A stretch of 64,000 bases of DNA from Octopus vulgaris (lineage: Eukaryota): contig OX597820.1 of NCBI GenBank assembly GCA_951406725.2, positions 121,892,001-121,956,000 of the forward strand, read 5' to 3'. The notes under the pieces are model-generated. The model saw only the letters and a program-made list of their open reading frames with translations, made no database searches and was not told the origin of the DNA. Positions 26,421 through 39,485 of this stretch are shown piece by piece. The first letter of the stretch is position 1, and every line of letters begins with the position of its first letter. Made by a program: the position numbers and the translations under genes.

Positions 26421-26450
26421 AGTGAGGGAGCAGCGCATGCCATCAAAGTG
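26421..26450 (-). mobile_element. Terminal ~30-bp remnant of the (TAA)n-associated repeat
   Basis: GTGAGGGAGCAGCGCATGCCATCAAAGTG directly after (ATT)n. Confidence 0.75.
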
Positions 26451-27819
26451 TATTTACACCCTTTAAATTTATAACGTCGTGGACAAGTTATTTGCTTTTG
26501 GGTGGTGAGTTTATTTTCCTATTTTGTTCCCCAGCTTTGGGGGACAGGTCAATTGTTTTTGTTTTCTTAAATCAAAATTGTGTGCGTTTTCCCAAACAAC
26601 GTTGAAAAAAACCCAGAAAACACGGTGACGCTCATATGTGAGAGAGGGGGAGAAAGTGAGGAACGTCACCAAGCCCCAATGAGAGAGGGTGATGCCCGCG
26701 AGGCGACGTCGGTCTGAAAGGCAAAGCAGACGATAGATGCGTTTTTCTGAAAGAAATGAACGAAAGGGAGAACGGGGCCAATGTTTTCAATGAAGATCAC
26801 TCAGAGGATCTTTCGAAGAGCAAAGGCTTTGTCTGTAGCAATATTATTCGAGGAGGAAAACAACAAGAATAACAACAACAACCGCAACATCAGCAACACC
26901 GTCGACAACCACAACAACAACAATAAGAAAGATGATAACAGCAACAACAAAACCAACAACAACAACAATGATAAAAACAATGAAAGAGCTGAGAGGCAGC
27001 AAACTGCTAAGACGGCTTGGAACAGCCTTTCAAAGATTTCTTTAGCTGGAATAGGTAAATTATCTCTTCAGAGAAAACAATTCTCAGAAGAACTGAAATA
27101 TGCTAGACAACTAACCGAGAGGGATAGACTAGCTGTAAAGATGAATACCCCCAGCTGAGACAATCCAAGCTACGATACGTCGCACAGTGACGTACCATAC
27201 AATCGGGTTAAAGTCAAGGAGAATGGTAAGAGCTACAGAAGCTCAAATAAAATAAGCTTTAGGTTCCGTCTGGAATCTAAAGGGATCTATACAGAAAAGA
27301 AAATCCTATGGAATGGTAGACGTTCGATTTCACACCGAGGAAGAAGCCAAACATCACTCTATGAATCCCTTCAAAAGCGAGGAGCTGTTGCTAGTTCCTT
27401 ACTACTGTGGTCAGAGACTGGCAAAAATTGTAACCTAGCAGGTGCCACAAGAAATAGCCATTCGTTGGTTAATTGCGGCAGTGACGATAGGCGTTGAGGC
27501 AAACTCAAAAATCCTCGAAGCCTATCAGACCGAAAAGGAAAACTGGTCTGCGATGAGCGTAGAATTCCTTATTCCCAAAACACAAAAGAATGCGGATCTC
27601 ATTCCAGATCAGATCTTTCTTCCTGGGGGCAGTATAATTCCTGTCAGGGTTGATGGAAGAACGCCTAAGCGTTTAAAAATCGACTGCCCCAAGCTCAACG
27701 AAAAAGAGAGACGGACACCTTCCCTCTCTACACTAACAACGGCCACGAGAACTCCAACAACAACAGCAGCAGCAGGACCATCGGCAAGATTCAGCTATAG
27801 CATCACCACCACCACCACC

Positions 27820-27851
<32 letters not shown>

Positions 27852-27859
27852 CTATACCT

Positions 27860-28090
27860 ATTTCTTTACTACCCACAAGGGGCTAAACACAGAGAGGACA
27901 AGCAAGGACAGACAAACGGATTAAGTCGATTGTATCGACCCCAGTGCGTAACTGTTACTTAATTTATCGACCCCGAAAGGATGAAAGGCAAAGTCGACCT
28001 CGGCGGAATTTGAACTCAGAACGTAACGGCAGACGAAATACCGCTAAGCATTTCGCCCGGCGCCCTAACGTTTCTGCCAGCTCGCCGCCT
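27860..28090 (-). mobile_element. SINE family C, full length
   Basis: Reverse complement of 34505-34735 (GGCGAGCTGGCAGAAACG...GAGTTCAAATTCC...GCCTTTCATCCTTTCGGGGTCGAT...TAGCCCCTTGTGGGTAGTAAAGAAATA). Confidence 0.9.
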
Positions 28091-28356
28091 TTACAACAAC
28101 CTTATCGACACTGGGTTCACCCAAACATTTCTCAGTGCCCGAAGATGTTCCCCTTCCCGATGCAGAGCGAGTGGATATCACAGCTGGAGAGATGGACGGC
28201 GATGAAGACTGATAGCTAAAAACCAAAAAAACAAAAAACCTAAACGAGACAGAAGGAAAAATAAACATAGGGACAAACAACGGCAATAACAATCCTCATC
28301 CACACAAGAAGTGAGAAGGAAAAACAAATAATACAATCACAACCACCATCAGTGCC

Positions 28357-28387
<31 letters not shown>

Positions 28388-28445
28388 TAACAACAGCAAC
28401 CGCAACAACAACAAACACAAAATAAAGACAGTAGCATTACGAACT

Positions 28446-28795
28446 GGGATGGAAGCACTCCGTCGGTTACGACGATGAGGGTTCCGGTTGATCCGAATCA
28501 ACGGAACAGACACGTGCACCCTTAACGTAGTTCTCGGGGATATTCAGCGTGACACAGAGAGTGACAAGGCCGGCCCCTTGAAATACAGGTACAACAGAAA
28601 CAGGAAGTAAGAGTGAGATAAAGTTGTGGTGAAAGAGTACAGCAGGGATCAGCACCATCCCCTGCCGGAGCCTCGTGGAGCTTTTTAGGTGTTTTCGCTC
28701 AATAAACACTCACAACGCCCGGTCTGGGAATCGAAACCGCGATCCTATGACCGCGAGTCCGCTGCCCTAACCACTGGGCCATTGCACCTCCACTG
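28446..28795 (-). mobile_element. tRNA-derived SINE family B2, 12-bp TSD
   Basis: Head TGGCCCAGTGGTTAG...GGTTTCGATTCCC is shared with 21093; TSD GCATTACGAACT at 28434-28445 and 28796-28807. Confidence 0.9.
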
Positions 28796-29660
28796 GCATT
28801 ACGAACTACATGGCAATACATTCGAACAACGATGAATTAATGAAATATATAAGAACCCGCACAACATTACACCAAAATATTTTGCCACACCCGCCTTCTC
28901 CCTACCTGCACCCATACAAATCATTCAAACAACACAAAACGTTTACACACACTTAAAAACCCATTTCCCACAGGAAATCGGAGATTTTCGCCAGAATAGC
29001 ATCGAAAGAATTCTTGGTGATTTGCTGTTGGAAACACCCCAAGCCAACAGAAGGGACAGGCTATCCGCCCCTCCAAATAAAACCAAGTAAGTTTTCCCTT
29101 TTTTCTCTTCGCTTTTTCCGACAACATGGTCGGTTTACAGAATCGGCAGCGTGAATGTACCTGGCCTGGGGTCGCCTTGGAAGCGGGGTCGCCTTGGAAG
29201 CGGGGTCACCTGCTCAACAATCTCAGGGAAAGGGACTGAAAACAAACACCTTTTTTTTTGGCCAACCCCTGATGAACTCCTTCATGTTTCGAAAAGGAAA
29301 ATAAGGGTAGAGTGGCAAATACTGTTTTGTAGTCAGTTTGCCGAAAGGTAGATGAAAGTGGCGAGAATGGTACGAGTGAACGAGCCTGTCCGGAACAAAG
29401 ACGACAGGGAACGTAAAAAGAAAAAGAAAAGGCACCAGCCTCAAAAGTTAGGGTACCCCTGGTTTTTAGGGATTTTTTCCATGAGCAGCCCATCAACGCC
29501 TCCTCCTTGTTGACAATTATACTTTGTTGATATCCCGCTTTTTAAAAAAAATTAATTATATTAGTTTTGTTTACGCGCAAAACCCGATATTTTTGTTTTA
29601 TCCTATGCTGTCCATAATGTTTTCTTCATGTAAACCCTTGTAGTTAGTAAAAAAATCCTC

Positions 29661-29739
<79 letters not shown>

Positions 29740-29741
<2 letters not shown>

Positions 29742-30082
29742 TAGTTTCATTTTTATTTTTATAGCGTGCTTTCTCTTCACTACCGAGCGCAGCTCTGTGT
29801 GCCTTGGGTATGTGCTGTGATTTGTTGTGATGCTCTGATGGTTATTGTATGGAAAGTGTTCTGCGTAGGATGTGTGCAGTGCCTAGTAGTGTAATTTTCT
29901 GTATGTTATATGTGTTTGTAAGACCTGGTGTTTTTGTTATGTATTTGTCTGAATATTTTTTTATCATGCCTAATGCACCTGCTATGATAGGAATTGTTTC
30001 TGTTTTTAGATTCCACATTCTGGTTACCTCTATTTCCAGGTCTTTGTATTTTGAGAGTTTCTCCATTTCTTTTAGAGACACG

Positions 30083-30083
<1 letters not shown>
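29740..30083 (-). mobile_element. Short 5'-truncated R4/Dong copy inserted in (TAA)n
   Basis: ORF 29842..30081 KLSKYKDLEIEVTRMW...LLGTAHILRRTL; same family and 3' UTR as 1645-2908; (TTA)n on both sides. Confidence 0.92.
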
Positions 30084-30157
<74 letters not shown>

Positions 30158-30232
30158 TGCGATGATTATTTGAAAACTCACAGCTTGTTTTGGTAGGTAT
30201 AATAGAAATTATTATCATTATTATAATTATAG

Positions 30233-30282
<50 letters not shown>

Positions 30283-30426
30283 GTCGTCGTCATCGTTGTT
30301 GTTGCTGTTGTTGTTGTTGCTGTTGTTGTTGTTGTTGTTGTTGTTGTTGTAATGATGATAATGGTTCCCGTTGCCGACGCCAACGACAGTCATAACAGGT
30401 ATTCGGAAGACGACGACGGCGACGCC

Positions 30427-30458
<32 letters not shown>

Positions 30459-30625
30459 CGACGATGATGATGATGATGACGACGACGACGACGATGATGA
30501 TGATGATGACGATGATGATGATGATGATGATGATGATGACGATGACGACGACGACGATGATGATGATGATGATGGTAGTGGTGGTGGTGATGATGACGAT
30601 GATGATGATGATGATGATGATGTTA
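30084..30625. repeat. Compound (TTA)/(GTT)/(GAT) arrays
   Basis: Seen directly. Confidence 0.93.
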
Positions 30626-31379
30626 GCAACGGTGACATTGATGACAAATGTTGTTCTTGTTGATTTATTTGTTTTATTTCCATACCAAACAACAACAACA
30701 ACAACAACAACAGCGCACTAAACGTACCAGTTGATTTACTGCCATTGTCCTATGTTTGCTTCTATTGATTGTCCCTATTGTCCAAGCTAAACTTATCCTT
30801 AGGACACTCTTAAAGCAACCAAACAGTACAATCGTTTCTTTATTATTCACTGACATTGCTTCTTCTTTTTTTTTTACCGGTTTCTGCTGCTACCACCACC
30901 ACCACCACCACAAAAACAGTTATTGCTGCTGCTGCTGCTGCTGCTGTTGTTGTTGTTGTTGTTGTTGTTGTTGCAAGTAACATAATTGTTATTGTCATCG
31001 TCTTTTCTCGTCATCATCCGCTCAGGTTGATGCCGGTGCTCTTTTCTTCACTAATCTATCTGAAAGTATTTTCGCGGTTTCTGCTGCTGTGCTCGTTTAG
31101 CCCCTGGTTTAACCCCTTTTCGCTAGTCCCATAATCAACACTTCCCAGACAAGACTAGCGTATTTTTAGTTTCTTTTTTTTTTAATTTATTTTTCCGACC
31201 TAAGTGTATCTAGGAAGACACCCTAGGACTGGTCAAGGGCCTAATTGAAGCTCAACCCTTCTTACCTTATTCATACCTTGTTGGTATGTTGTTGTTTTTA
31301 TACGTTACGTTTTTTTTTTTGGATTTTTATACCTTGTGGTCACTGTTACTGATCGACTGAAAAAAAGTTCGTTTCCATG

Positions 31380-31505
31380 TTTTTGTTTTTATGTTTTCGT
31401 TTCTCATTGTGTTCAACGTTTTTTTGATGTCCTGTACCCATATATGCATGTATATATACATATAGATGTAGGTATGTACATATATGTATGTATATATGCA
31501 TATAT
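31380..31505 (+). repeat. Interspersed repeat fragment, also present at 60254-60375
   Basis: TTTGTTTTTATGTTTTCGTTTCTCATTGTGTTCAACGTT...GTCCTGTACCCATATATGC is nearly identical at both sites, each running into (TA)n. Confidence 0.85.
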
Positions 31506-31537
31506 TTATATATTATTTATATTATATATATATATAG

Positions 31538-31593
<56 letters not shown>

Positions 31594-31619
31594 TGTATAT
31601 ATATAGATGTGTATATATA

Positions 31620-31656
<37 letters not shown>

Positions 31657-31778
31657 GCACACACAAAATAGAGACAGGACAGGAAACAGAGAGGGAGATA
31701 GATAGATGCGCACATACATATATATGTATATATGTATATATGCCTACACACACACACACACATAAATACAGCTATCTG

Positions 31779-31831
<53 letters not shown>

Positions 31832-34093
31832 GTGGTGGTGGTCGCAGTAGTTGTCACTATTTGTTATTCTTGTTCTGTTTACTTCTGGTCCAAGCTATTG
31901 TTTTTATTTTGTTGTTATTTCATTTCTTACCATTGCTGTGTTTTGTAAATACTTTCATTTTGTTGTTGTTGTTGCTATTGTTTTCTTCGTGTCTGCTACA
32001 TTTTTTGACATTTCGTGAATGACGCAAACATTCGCTGCAACCAATACAGAACAGTTCTTGCCATTCTGTAAGTGTATCACGTTGCTAGAGTCGTGTTACA
32101 GTTGTAGCAATCCATGTAAACATGGTCGATTCTTGCAGATGGAGAATGTGGTCAAGTCAAGTGAGGTACCACAGAATCAGCAGAGAGGTCGCAGATTTGT
32201 ATTTTGACCCTAACTTAGCATCCCATCTATGCTCAAGACACTTAACATTCGAGAGCCAATGACGAGGAATCAATATAGCGGCCACAAATCCCCAAATACG
32301 TTGTTATCGCCTTTAAAGTAAGATTGTAAATCGACCCAACAGACACAGTATGCTTTTATATACATAGCAGTAGACGAGGTTTTACTTTTGTCAGGAATAC
32401 CATGGATGATTGTATATGATTATTTAAATATACCCTTGAAAAGGAATACTAAAGATTGTTCACAAAGTGCTAAGCATTGTACAAAAGGAATAACTATATT
32501 AAAAACAAGACTTCGATCTCAAAAATCAACATTAATTCCGGAAGATAAAGTTTTTAAAAAGTTGTGATAGATTTAAGCATAAATTATGAAATGGTATTTG
32601 AATACTGTGAAGGCAGTACTCCAGTTCTCTCTATTATTAATTACAGAAGAATTAAGTCAGTCATCCAATCTCTTTAAAACAATATTTTACATCATATTAG
32701 AAAAGAAAAATAAGAGAAAAATATGTTTTATTGAAGCAGAATGCGTCACAGCCCGAACCGAGGCTACAATCTCATCACAACCGCCATTTTGAACAAATCC
32801 CAACACCTTACAAGATCACGTGATATGACTGTTATCTTGAGTTCACTCTAATAAATCATACCATAATTCTGCATCATTTACTAACATTGACAACAATAAA
32901 ATATAATTTCAACATTACACAGTTACAATTTAATAGGAAACGAAGACAACACAACGCCATAAAATGCAATATGGATAATGTTAGTATTACGCAGCATCGT
33001 AAAATGCAATCGAGTAACAAATAAATAAGGCAAAATACTCCAGCAAAGAGATGCAATTGAATGCGGCGTAATGGGATGCTGCAGTGATGGTGCATAGTTG
33101 CCATATAAACAGAACGTGAAACAAAACCAACGAAAAGAATTTATAGAATACCACATCGACAAGAACAACAACAGCAACATCGACAATGTAACGTACCAAC
33201 AATTACGATAATGACAACAATAACAGCAAAACATCAGTGGAAAAGCTGTGGCCATTTAATACATTAGGCTAGATTAGTTAAGAAATTGGCAAACACTGAT
33301 GAAGCTGACATCGATAGATGTTGAATAAGAAGAACAGGCAAATGGCGTCGTATGCGCAATGGATGGATTCTGGTCCCTGGACAAGGGTCTAGTTTACTGG
33401 CCTTTGTTGGTGTCAGTGTTATTTGGGATGAAGGGGGAATAGGAGATGTGGGGGGACAGATGTGAAATAGCGGCAGGGACAAAGGAAATAAAGTAGGGGG
33501 AAGAAAGAGAAAGAGAGAGAGAGTGTGAGTGGTGGGGAGGGGTGAATGGTTGAGGGGTGACGAGGGGTAAAGAGGGGGTGAGAAGCGGAATCCAGGATTG
33601 GAAATGGTTCGGGTGTAAAGAAATGACTGAACTTTTGAAGAGGGAGAGAGGGAGAGAGAGAAGGAGGGAGAGAGAGAGAAAGAGAGAGAGGGATGGTCCG
33701 CCAGTAACGAACTACTCAGATCTACATCTGATATCAAATACGTACAAGGACATACACTCATAAATCATGCAATATATGTATATATATAGATATATAATAC
33801 GAATAAGAAAATGGAGGAACAAATTCATTTCGATCATCAACTTACGGATATTACAATTTCATATTATTTATTAATTACACAAATAGGAACATGAAAATCG
33901 AACAAAACAATATACATCAATATGCAAATTAATAATAAAATAAGAATAATACAAATAAACTGCTCTTCACCAGCAGTATATTGGATAACTGATATCCCAT
34001 AGTGGGTTACCTTCATAACCCCTATCTTACTTTGTACTATATATATATATATACGCACACACAAATACACATATACACACACACACATATGTA

Positions 34094-34129
<36 letters not shown>

Positions 34130-34318
34130 TGTATGTATGTATGTATGCATTGTATATGTTTATGTATATAAATCGTGCATTTATATTCAGAGAGAAAGAT
34201 CTTATATATTATGCTTATATCAGGTGCCCCTCATTCATATATACGCGTGTATATGTATATAAAAGAATGTATATGCACAAATATGCATGTGAAGATAGGT
34301 CGCTCGATGCACATTCAC

Positions 34319-34356
<38 letters not shown>

Positions 34357-34504
34357 GTCACGCATCTACTCAGCTACTCGACGAGGATGCAATGGTATTT
34401 CTCGACAAATGTATTTATTCGTACACGTGTGATGTGCATATGCACATGTACATGTGCATGCGTGCATGTGTGAGTGCGTGTGTATTTCGTTGGATATATA
34501 TATA

Positions 34505-34731
34505 AGGCCGCGAGCTGGCAGAAACGTTAGCACGCCGGGCGAAATGCGTAGCCGTATTTCGCCTGCCGTTACGTTCTGAGTTCAAATCCCAACGAGGTCG
34601 ACTTTGCCTTTCATCCTTTCGGGGTCGATAAATAAAGTACCAGTTACGCACTGGGATCGATATAATCGACTTAATCCGTTTGTCTGTCCTTGTTTGTCCC
34701 CTCTGTGTTTAGCCCCTTGTTGGTCATAAAG

Positions 34732-34735
<4 letters not shown>
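34505..34735 (+). mobile_element. SINE family C, full length, within TA repeats
   Basis: TGGCAGAAACG A-box-like and GAGTTCAAATCC B-box; multiple copies in the window. Confidence 0.9.
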
Positions 34736-34805
<70 letters not shown>

Positions 34806-34811
34806 TGATAC

Positions 34812-34843
<32 letters not shown>

Positions 34844-35004
34844 ATGCATGTATATGCCGACTACACAGGACAAATGGTTGTTCATAAGGGAAATGGCGAG
34901 AAGATCTGAAGTCTGAAGTGACATCAAACCAACATTTAAAACAAATGAGAGGAGAGAGAGAGGTTAAGAAGGAAAGTGGGGAACTGGGATATTATTTAAT
35001 GGAC

Positions 35005-35062
35005 AGTAGTAGTAGTAGTAGTAGTAGTAGTAGTTGTTGTTGTAGTAGTAGTAGTAGTAGTC

Positions 35063-35096
<34 letters not shown>

Positions 35097-35118
35097 CAGT
35101 AGTAGTAGTAGTAGTAGG

Positions 35119-35151
<33 letters not shown>

Positions 35152-35175
35152 GGTGGTGGTAGTAGTAGTAGTGGT
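35005..35175. repeat. (AGT)n array
   Basis: Seen directly. Confidence 0.95.
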
Positions 35176-35504
35176 AGATTGCAATTAGTAACGTGATGGT
35201 GTTGTGGTGGTAGTGTGTTGTAAATAGTAGTAGTTGTTGTTGTTGTTGGAGTAGCGGTGTGTGTTGTGGAGGGGTGAATAAGTGGAAGGAGAGAGATTTG
35301 AAAATGTAAGGAGAAAAATAGTTGGAGGGAGAGGATGGGGAGTATATGTGTGTGTGTGTGTGTACATACGTAAATACATATACGTATATAATAGAAAAAC
35401 ACACACACACACACATATATATGTACAAACACGTACGTAGAAAAAGAGCAATAGAGAGAGGTGGGAGGTGATAGAGGTCGACATCTAGACATGCCACACA
35501 TTTG

Positions 35505-35830
35505 CCACACACACACACATGCACATGCATACATATATACATACATACATACATGCACATACATACATGCATACATAGATGTACATACATATATACATAC
35601 ATTCATACATACATGCATACATACATGCATGCATACATACATACATACATACATACATACATGCATGCATACATACATACATACATACATACATGCATGC
35701 ATGCATGCATACATACATACATACATATATACATACATACATGCATGCATGCATGCATACATACATACATACATACATACATACATACATACATGCATGC
35801 ATACATACACGCATGCATGCATGCATACTT
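35505..35830. repeat. (CATA)/(CATG) array
   Basis: Seen directly. Confidence 0.95.
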
Positions 35831-36133
35831 GCATAGGCATACACATGGATAGAGAAAGAGAGAGAAAGAATGCAAATCCTCTCTAAGTTTTGGTCTACCT
35901 TTAATCCGGAATTTAATCTTATTCTCCACCCACCCCCCAACACACCCTCAGTCCGTCTTACCAATTCCCTTTTTAGAGGCAGGTGTATGTGAGGGTGAAG
36001 GGGAAGTCGAGGAGGGTTACTCAGACTTAATCTAATCTCTTACATCGAAGAAATATCAGCTGGACAATTCTTTTAAAGTTAATAGAGTTTATCTTCAATG
36101 TCCACTTTCGGCTAACGATCTGTCCCGAGAAAG

Positions 36134-36221
<88 letters not shown>

Positions 36222-37574
36222 TTCTCACAGACACACACACACATACACACACACGCAAGCATACACATGCATTCATACACACAATCACTCATACACACAA
36301 GCACATTGCACATACGATTATCCAGAGACACAACCCATTCATACTTAAACACACGCATGCGCAGATTAGAATTGCTCGTCTTCTCCAGTTACCGAAACAC
36401 TACCACTACGGTCATCACTCTCACCACTACCACTGACACTATCACCGTCATCATCATCATTAGTACACACACACACACACACACATTCACATATTCTTCC
36501 CAATTAGCCATCCACATTCTTTCTACAGCCCAAAAGTACCAGAAATATCTCTCTCTTTCTCTCTCACAAACTCTCACTCTCTTTATCACTTCCCCCTCAC
36601 ACTCCCTCTCTCTGTTATCACTAACCCCTAATCAGGAACCCAGTACTCCATTGTCTCCCTTTCTAAGATGACAGATTGTGATTTGAGGACGATTTGGTTG
36701 TTATTTCTACAATTCGGGCGACCACCTAGGTCCTACCTCAGTCACCCAGGCAGCAAGAAAAGGATTTCAGTGCTTAAGGCTTTTCTCTCCTTCGGATGAG
36801 ATGGCCATGGCTGGGATATTTTGATTACAGCTCTGTTCGATGACGGACCACTTCAAACAACGACAATGATAATAATAACAAAGTGCCCTTTACGTGGTCA
36901 CACCAACCTGCTTGAAATAGCAACCAAATAATTCTGTAATCACATACGACTTTCTAGAAAAGGGAAGGCCACATTGGATTACATCGACTTAAAATATAGT
37001 GGGATGGGCACGGCCAGATTTTAAGAAACAACTTTACAGAGAGGGATTAACACCAGTGTTATAACCAACATTACAGCCACCCCCACCGCCACTGTCGTCA
37101 TAACCACCACCACCACCGCCGTCATAGCCACCATCATCACCACTGCTACCATCATTATATGGAGGAGTCAACGAAAGAAACCCTATTTAATTGCTCGTCC
37201 TGCAAGAAATATTAACTAAATCCCTCTCATATCGTACACAGTGGAACGTTGAGGTGAATAATATAGAATGAAATAGCTAAAAAAATAATTCGACCGGATG
37301 GTCACGGCCACAATAGATTCGGTTGATTATCGGTCAGCTTCATCAAGACTCATGTAGATATACAACCATATTAACAATAACAACAGCAACAATACCATCA
37401 GCATATAACAAAACAAGCTCTATGCGGTTCCGTGACGTACTGGAAATAATTGTCAAATTATATATGTGTATATATATACACCGGTCAGTCGCCCATATGC
37501 GAAAAAGAAAAGAATATCTTAAGAGAAATGTTTATGCAATCGAATAGTGTATCTATGGCTGTCACATTTAACCG

Positions 37575-38606
37575 GTCAGAAAGTTACTATTGGTTTCGCG
37601 TCTACTATTTCAGTGGGAAGTCACACCAGACTAGCTTGCTGGAAGCACAATAGCCTCTCTACTGATAGAGTTAAATATACAATCTTAGTTTATTGGAGGG
37701 GATGATGCGGAAAAAAATTGGGGGGAGAAAAAGATGGGTTCATCTCTTTGTATGATTCCAGCCGTGGCCGAAGTGGATCACTCAACTGAACATTTAAACA
37801 TTTTCCCCGTTCTCTCGTCCGCAACGGGAAATACTAAGTTTCCAAAATAAATTTTCTGTCGTAAGGGCAATGGTCACAATTTCAGTTTTTTAATTCAAGA
37901 AGATGCATGGATCGTGTGAATATTTTGAATAATTGTCCTCTCGGCTAAGCAAAATTTGCATTGTCTACTTCAGTTAAGGTATGGCTCAGGTTGTTCTAGC
38001 AGCTTCCAGTTAATCTTAACTAGCGTTCGCTCCAATTTTGATTGCCACATATATCTGGCAAATACTGTAATGTTGTGCTTCTTCAGAATCCAAAAAGAGA
38101 TCAGTGGTTATTTATGCTGGCCTTAAATTGTGCCTCCGTTGCTCCAACATATTTCCGCTAATGTGTCTTTTTGTTGCTATTACTGTTGGACACTACTTCT
38201 GCTTTATAGACCATAGCCTCTGTGTTACATCGATCATTTACGAAGCAATCACTGCTAACCTTATATCAGCATCGTTCCTCTGCACGAACGGCTTTGGGGC
38301 CGTTCACTAATAACTGTTTTAGATATATGTTGGGCGTACAGTTGAACGAGACCCTTAAGTTATTTTTATTGAATAGTCTTATCTATTAATCTAAGGAACA
38401 CCCCACGCATGTTTAGACGTTGAGCTAGAAGGGCGGGGAAGATGATTTTGCTGCGGTGTTTTCTTTCGTAGGTGCCAAGTCCCGGCATACAGGTCCTTAA
38501 ACCTCCCGGCTGCCAGAGATTCCTTGTAAAGAATGGAAGAGGCTCGCTTTGTCAAAAACGTCTTCATTCGATGATATGTCGAAGTCGTCTTACTGAGATC
38601 CTTCAC
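37575..38606 (-). mobile_element. Decayed Penelope-like element (RT C-terminus, GIY-YIG endonuclease, probable 3' pLTR)
   Basis: Minus-strand peptides RKHRSKIIF/PPF*LNV, FLRLIDK, LFNKNNLRVSFNCTPNI, C..NDRC..MVYKAEV..KYVGATEAQFK..NH, FARYMWQ and INWKLL..Y..QCKFCLAE. Confidence 0.8.
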
Positions 38607-39145
38607 TAGCTTCGTGTGTGTGTGTGTGTATTTGAGAAATTACATTAGTTCCTACTTCGTTACACAATTATTATTACTTGGAATCCGACACTGGACGTTC
38701 CACATACATTTGGATGCTTTAAACAGGACAGATCATCACAGAACACATTAATGCATTAAGTTCTCTGTAACTCAGTGCAATAAAGCACCAGCCAAGCAGA
38801 GGGTAGGACGCCATCGATTAACTCTCCATCGCTATATTGTTGAGCTTCTCTCTCAGAAATAATTAAGGAATAATGGATTGGCAGAATCGTTACAAGTTCA
38901 GGTGGAATAACATGTATTGATTCGAGAGGGTCACATCCTGAAGTCACATTCGGTCAAGGACAAGTTTGCTTTTCATCCTTTCGGTTAAAATAAAGTACCA
39001 GCTGAGTAAAGGAATCGACGGCGTAGGTTAACTCTTCTTCTCTAAATTTCAGGTCTCGTTTTTGTCTTAGAAACGTCTGTTACAATAAAAGCGATTGATC
39101 TCACAGAATATCTTCGTATTTACATATGACCCTCTGGCCTGAGGG

Positions 39146-39485
39146 ACACACCCTTCGGTCACGACACTGACCACGGGCTTCCACCTGGAAAGTTACCATC
39201 CTAGTCACAAGTCTGGGCAAGGTAGTTTATGGAAGACCAGCAGTCGCCCAAGCATACCAGCCTCCCCTCTTCACGCCACCAGTGTTATCCAAGAGAAAGG
39301 CAAAGGGGCCGATACAGCTTGGCACCCGTGACGTCGCAACTCATTTCTACAGCTGAGTGAACTGGAGCAACGTGAAATAAAGTGTCTTGCTCAAGAATAC
39401 AACACGCAGCCCGGTCCGGGATTCGAACTCACAGCCTCACGATCGTAAGCTCGACGCTCTAACCACTGAGCCATACGCCTTCACC
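39146..39485 (-). mobile_element. tRNA-derived SINE family D
   Basis: Minus strand has TGGCTCAGTGGTTAGAGC (A box) and GAGTTCGAATCCC (B box), followed by ~270 nt of body instead of a tRNA 3' end. Confidence 0.88.

Larger units (their letters stand above)
26950..29657 (+). mobile_element. Internally deleted L1/Tx1-like LINE (ORF1 remnant, ORF2 N- and C-termini, 3' UTR) interrupted by two SINEs
   Basis: ORF1-like GMVDVRFHTEEEA..VPYYCGQRLAKI..VPQEIAIRWL..VRVDGRTP..DCP; EN start RIGSVNVPGLGSPWKRGHLLNNLR at about 29135-29230 once a 17-bp duplication is removed; C-terminus KRKIRVEWQIL..FAER*MKVARMV. The 5' boundary is uncertain. Confidence 0.7.

Noticed and set aside
39405-39485. tRNA gene (also at 21093 and 28720-28795)
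   Set aside because: A/B boxes are present but there is no proper acceptor stem; they continue into SINE bodies, two of them with TSDs.
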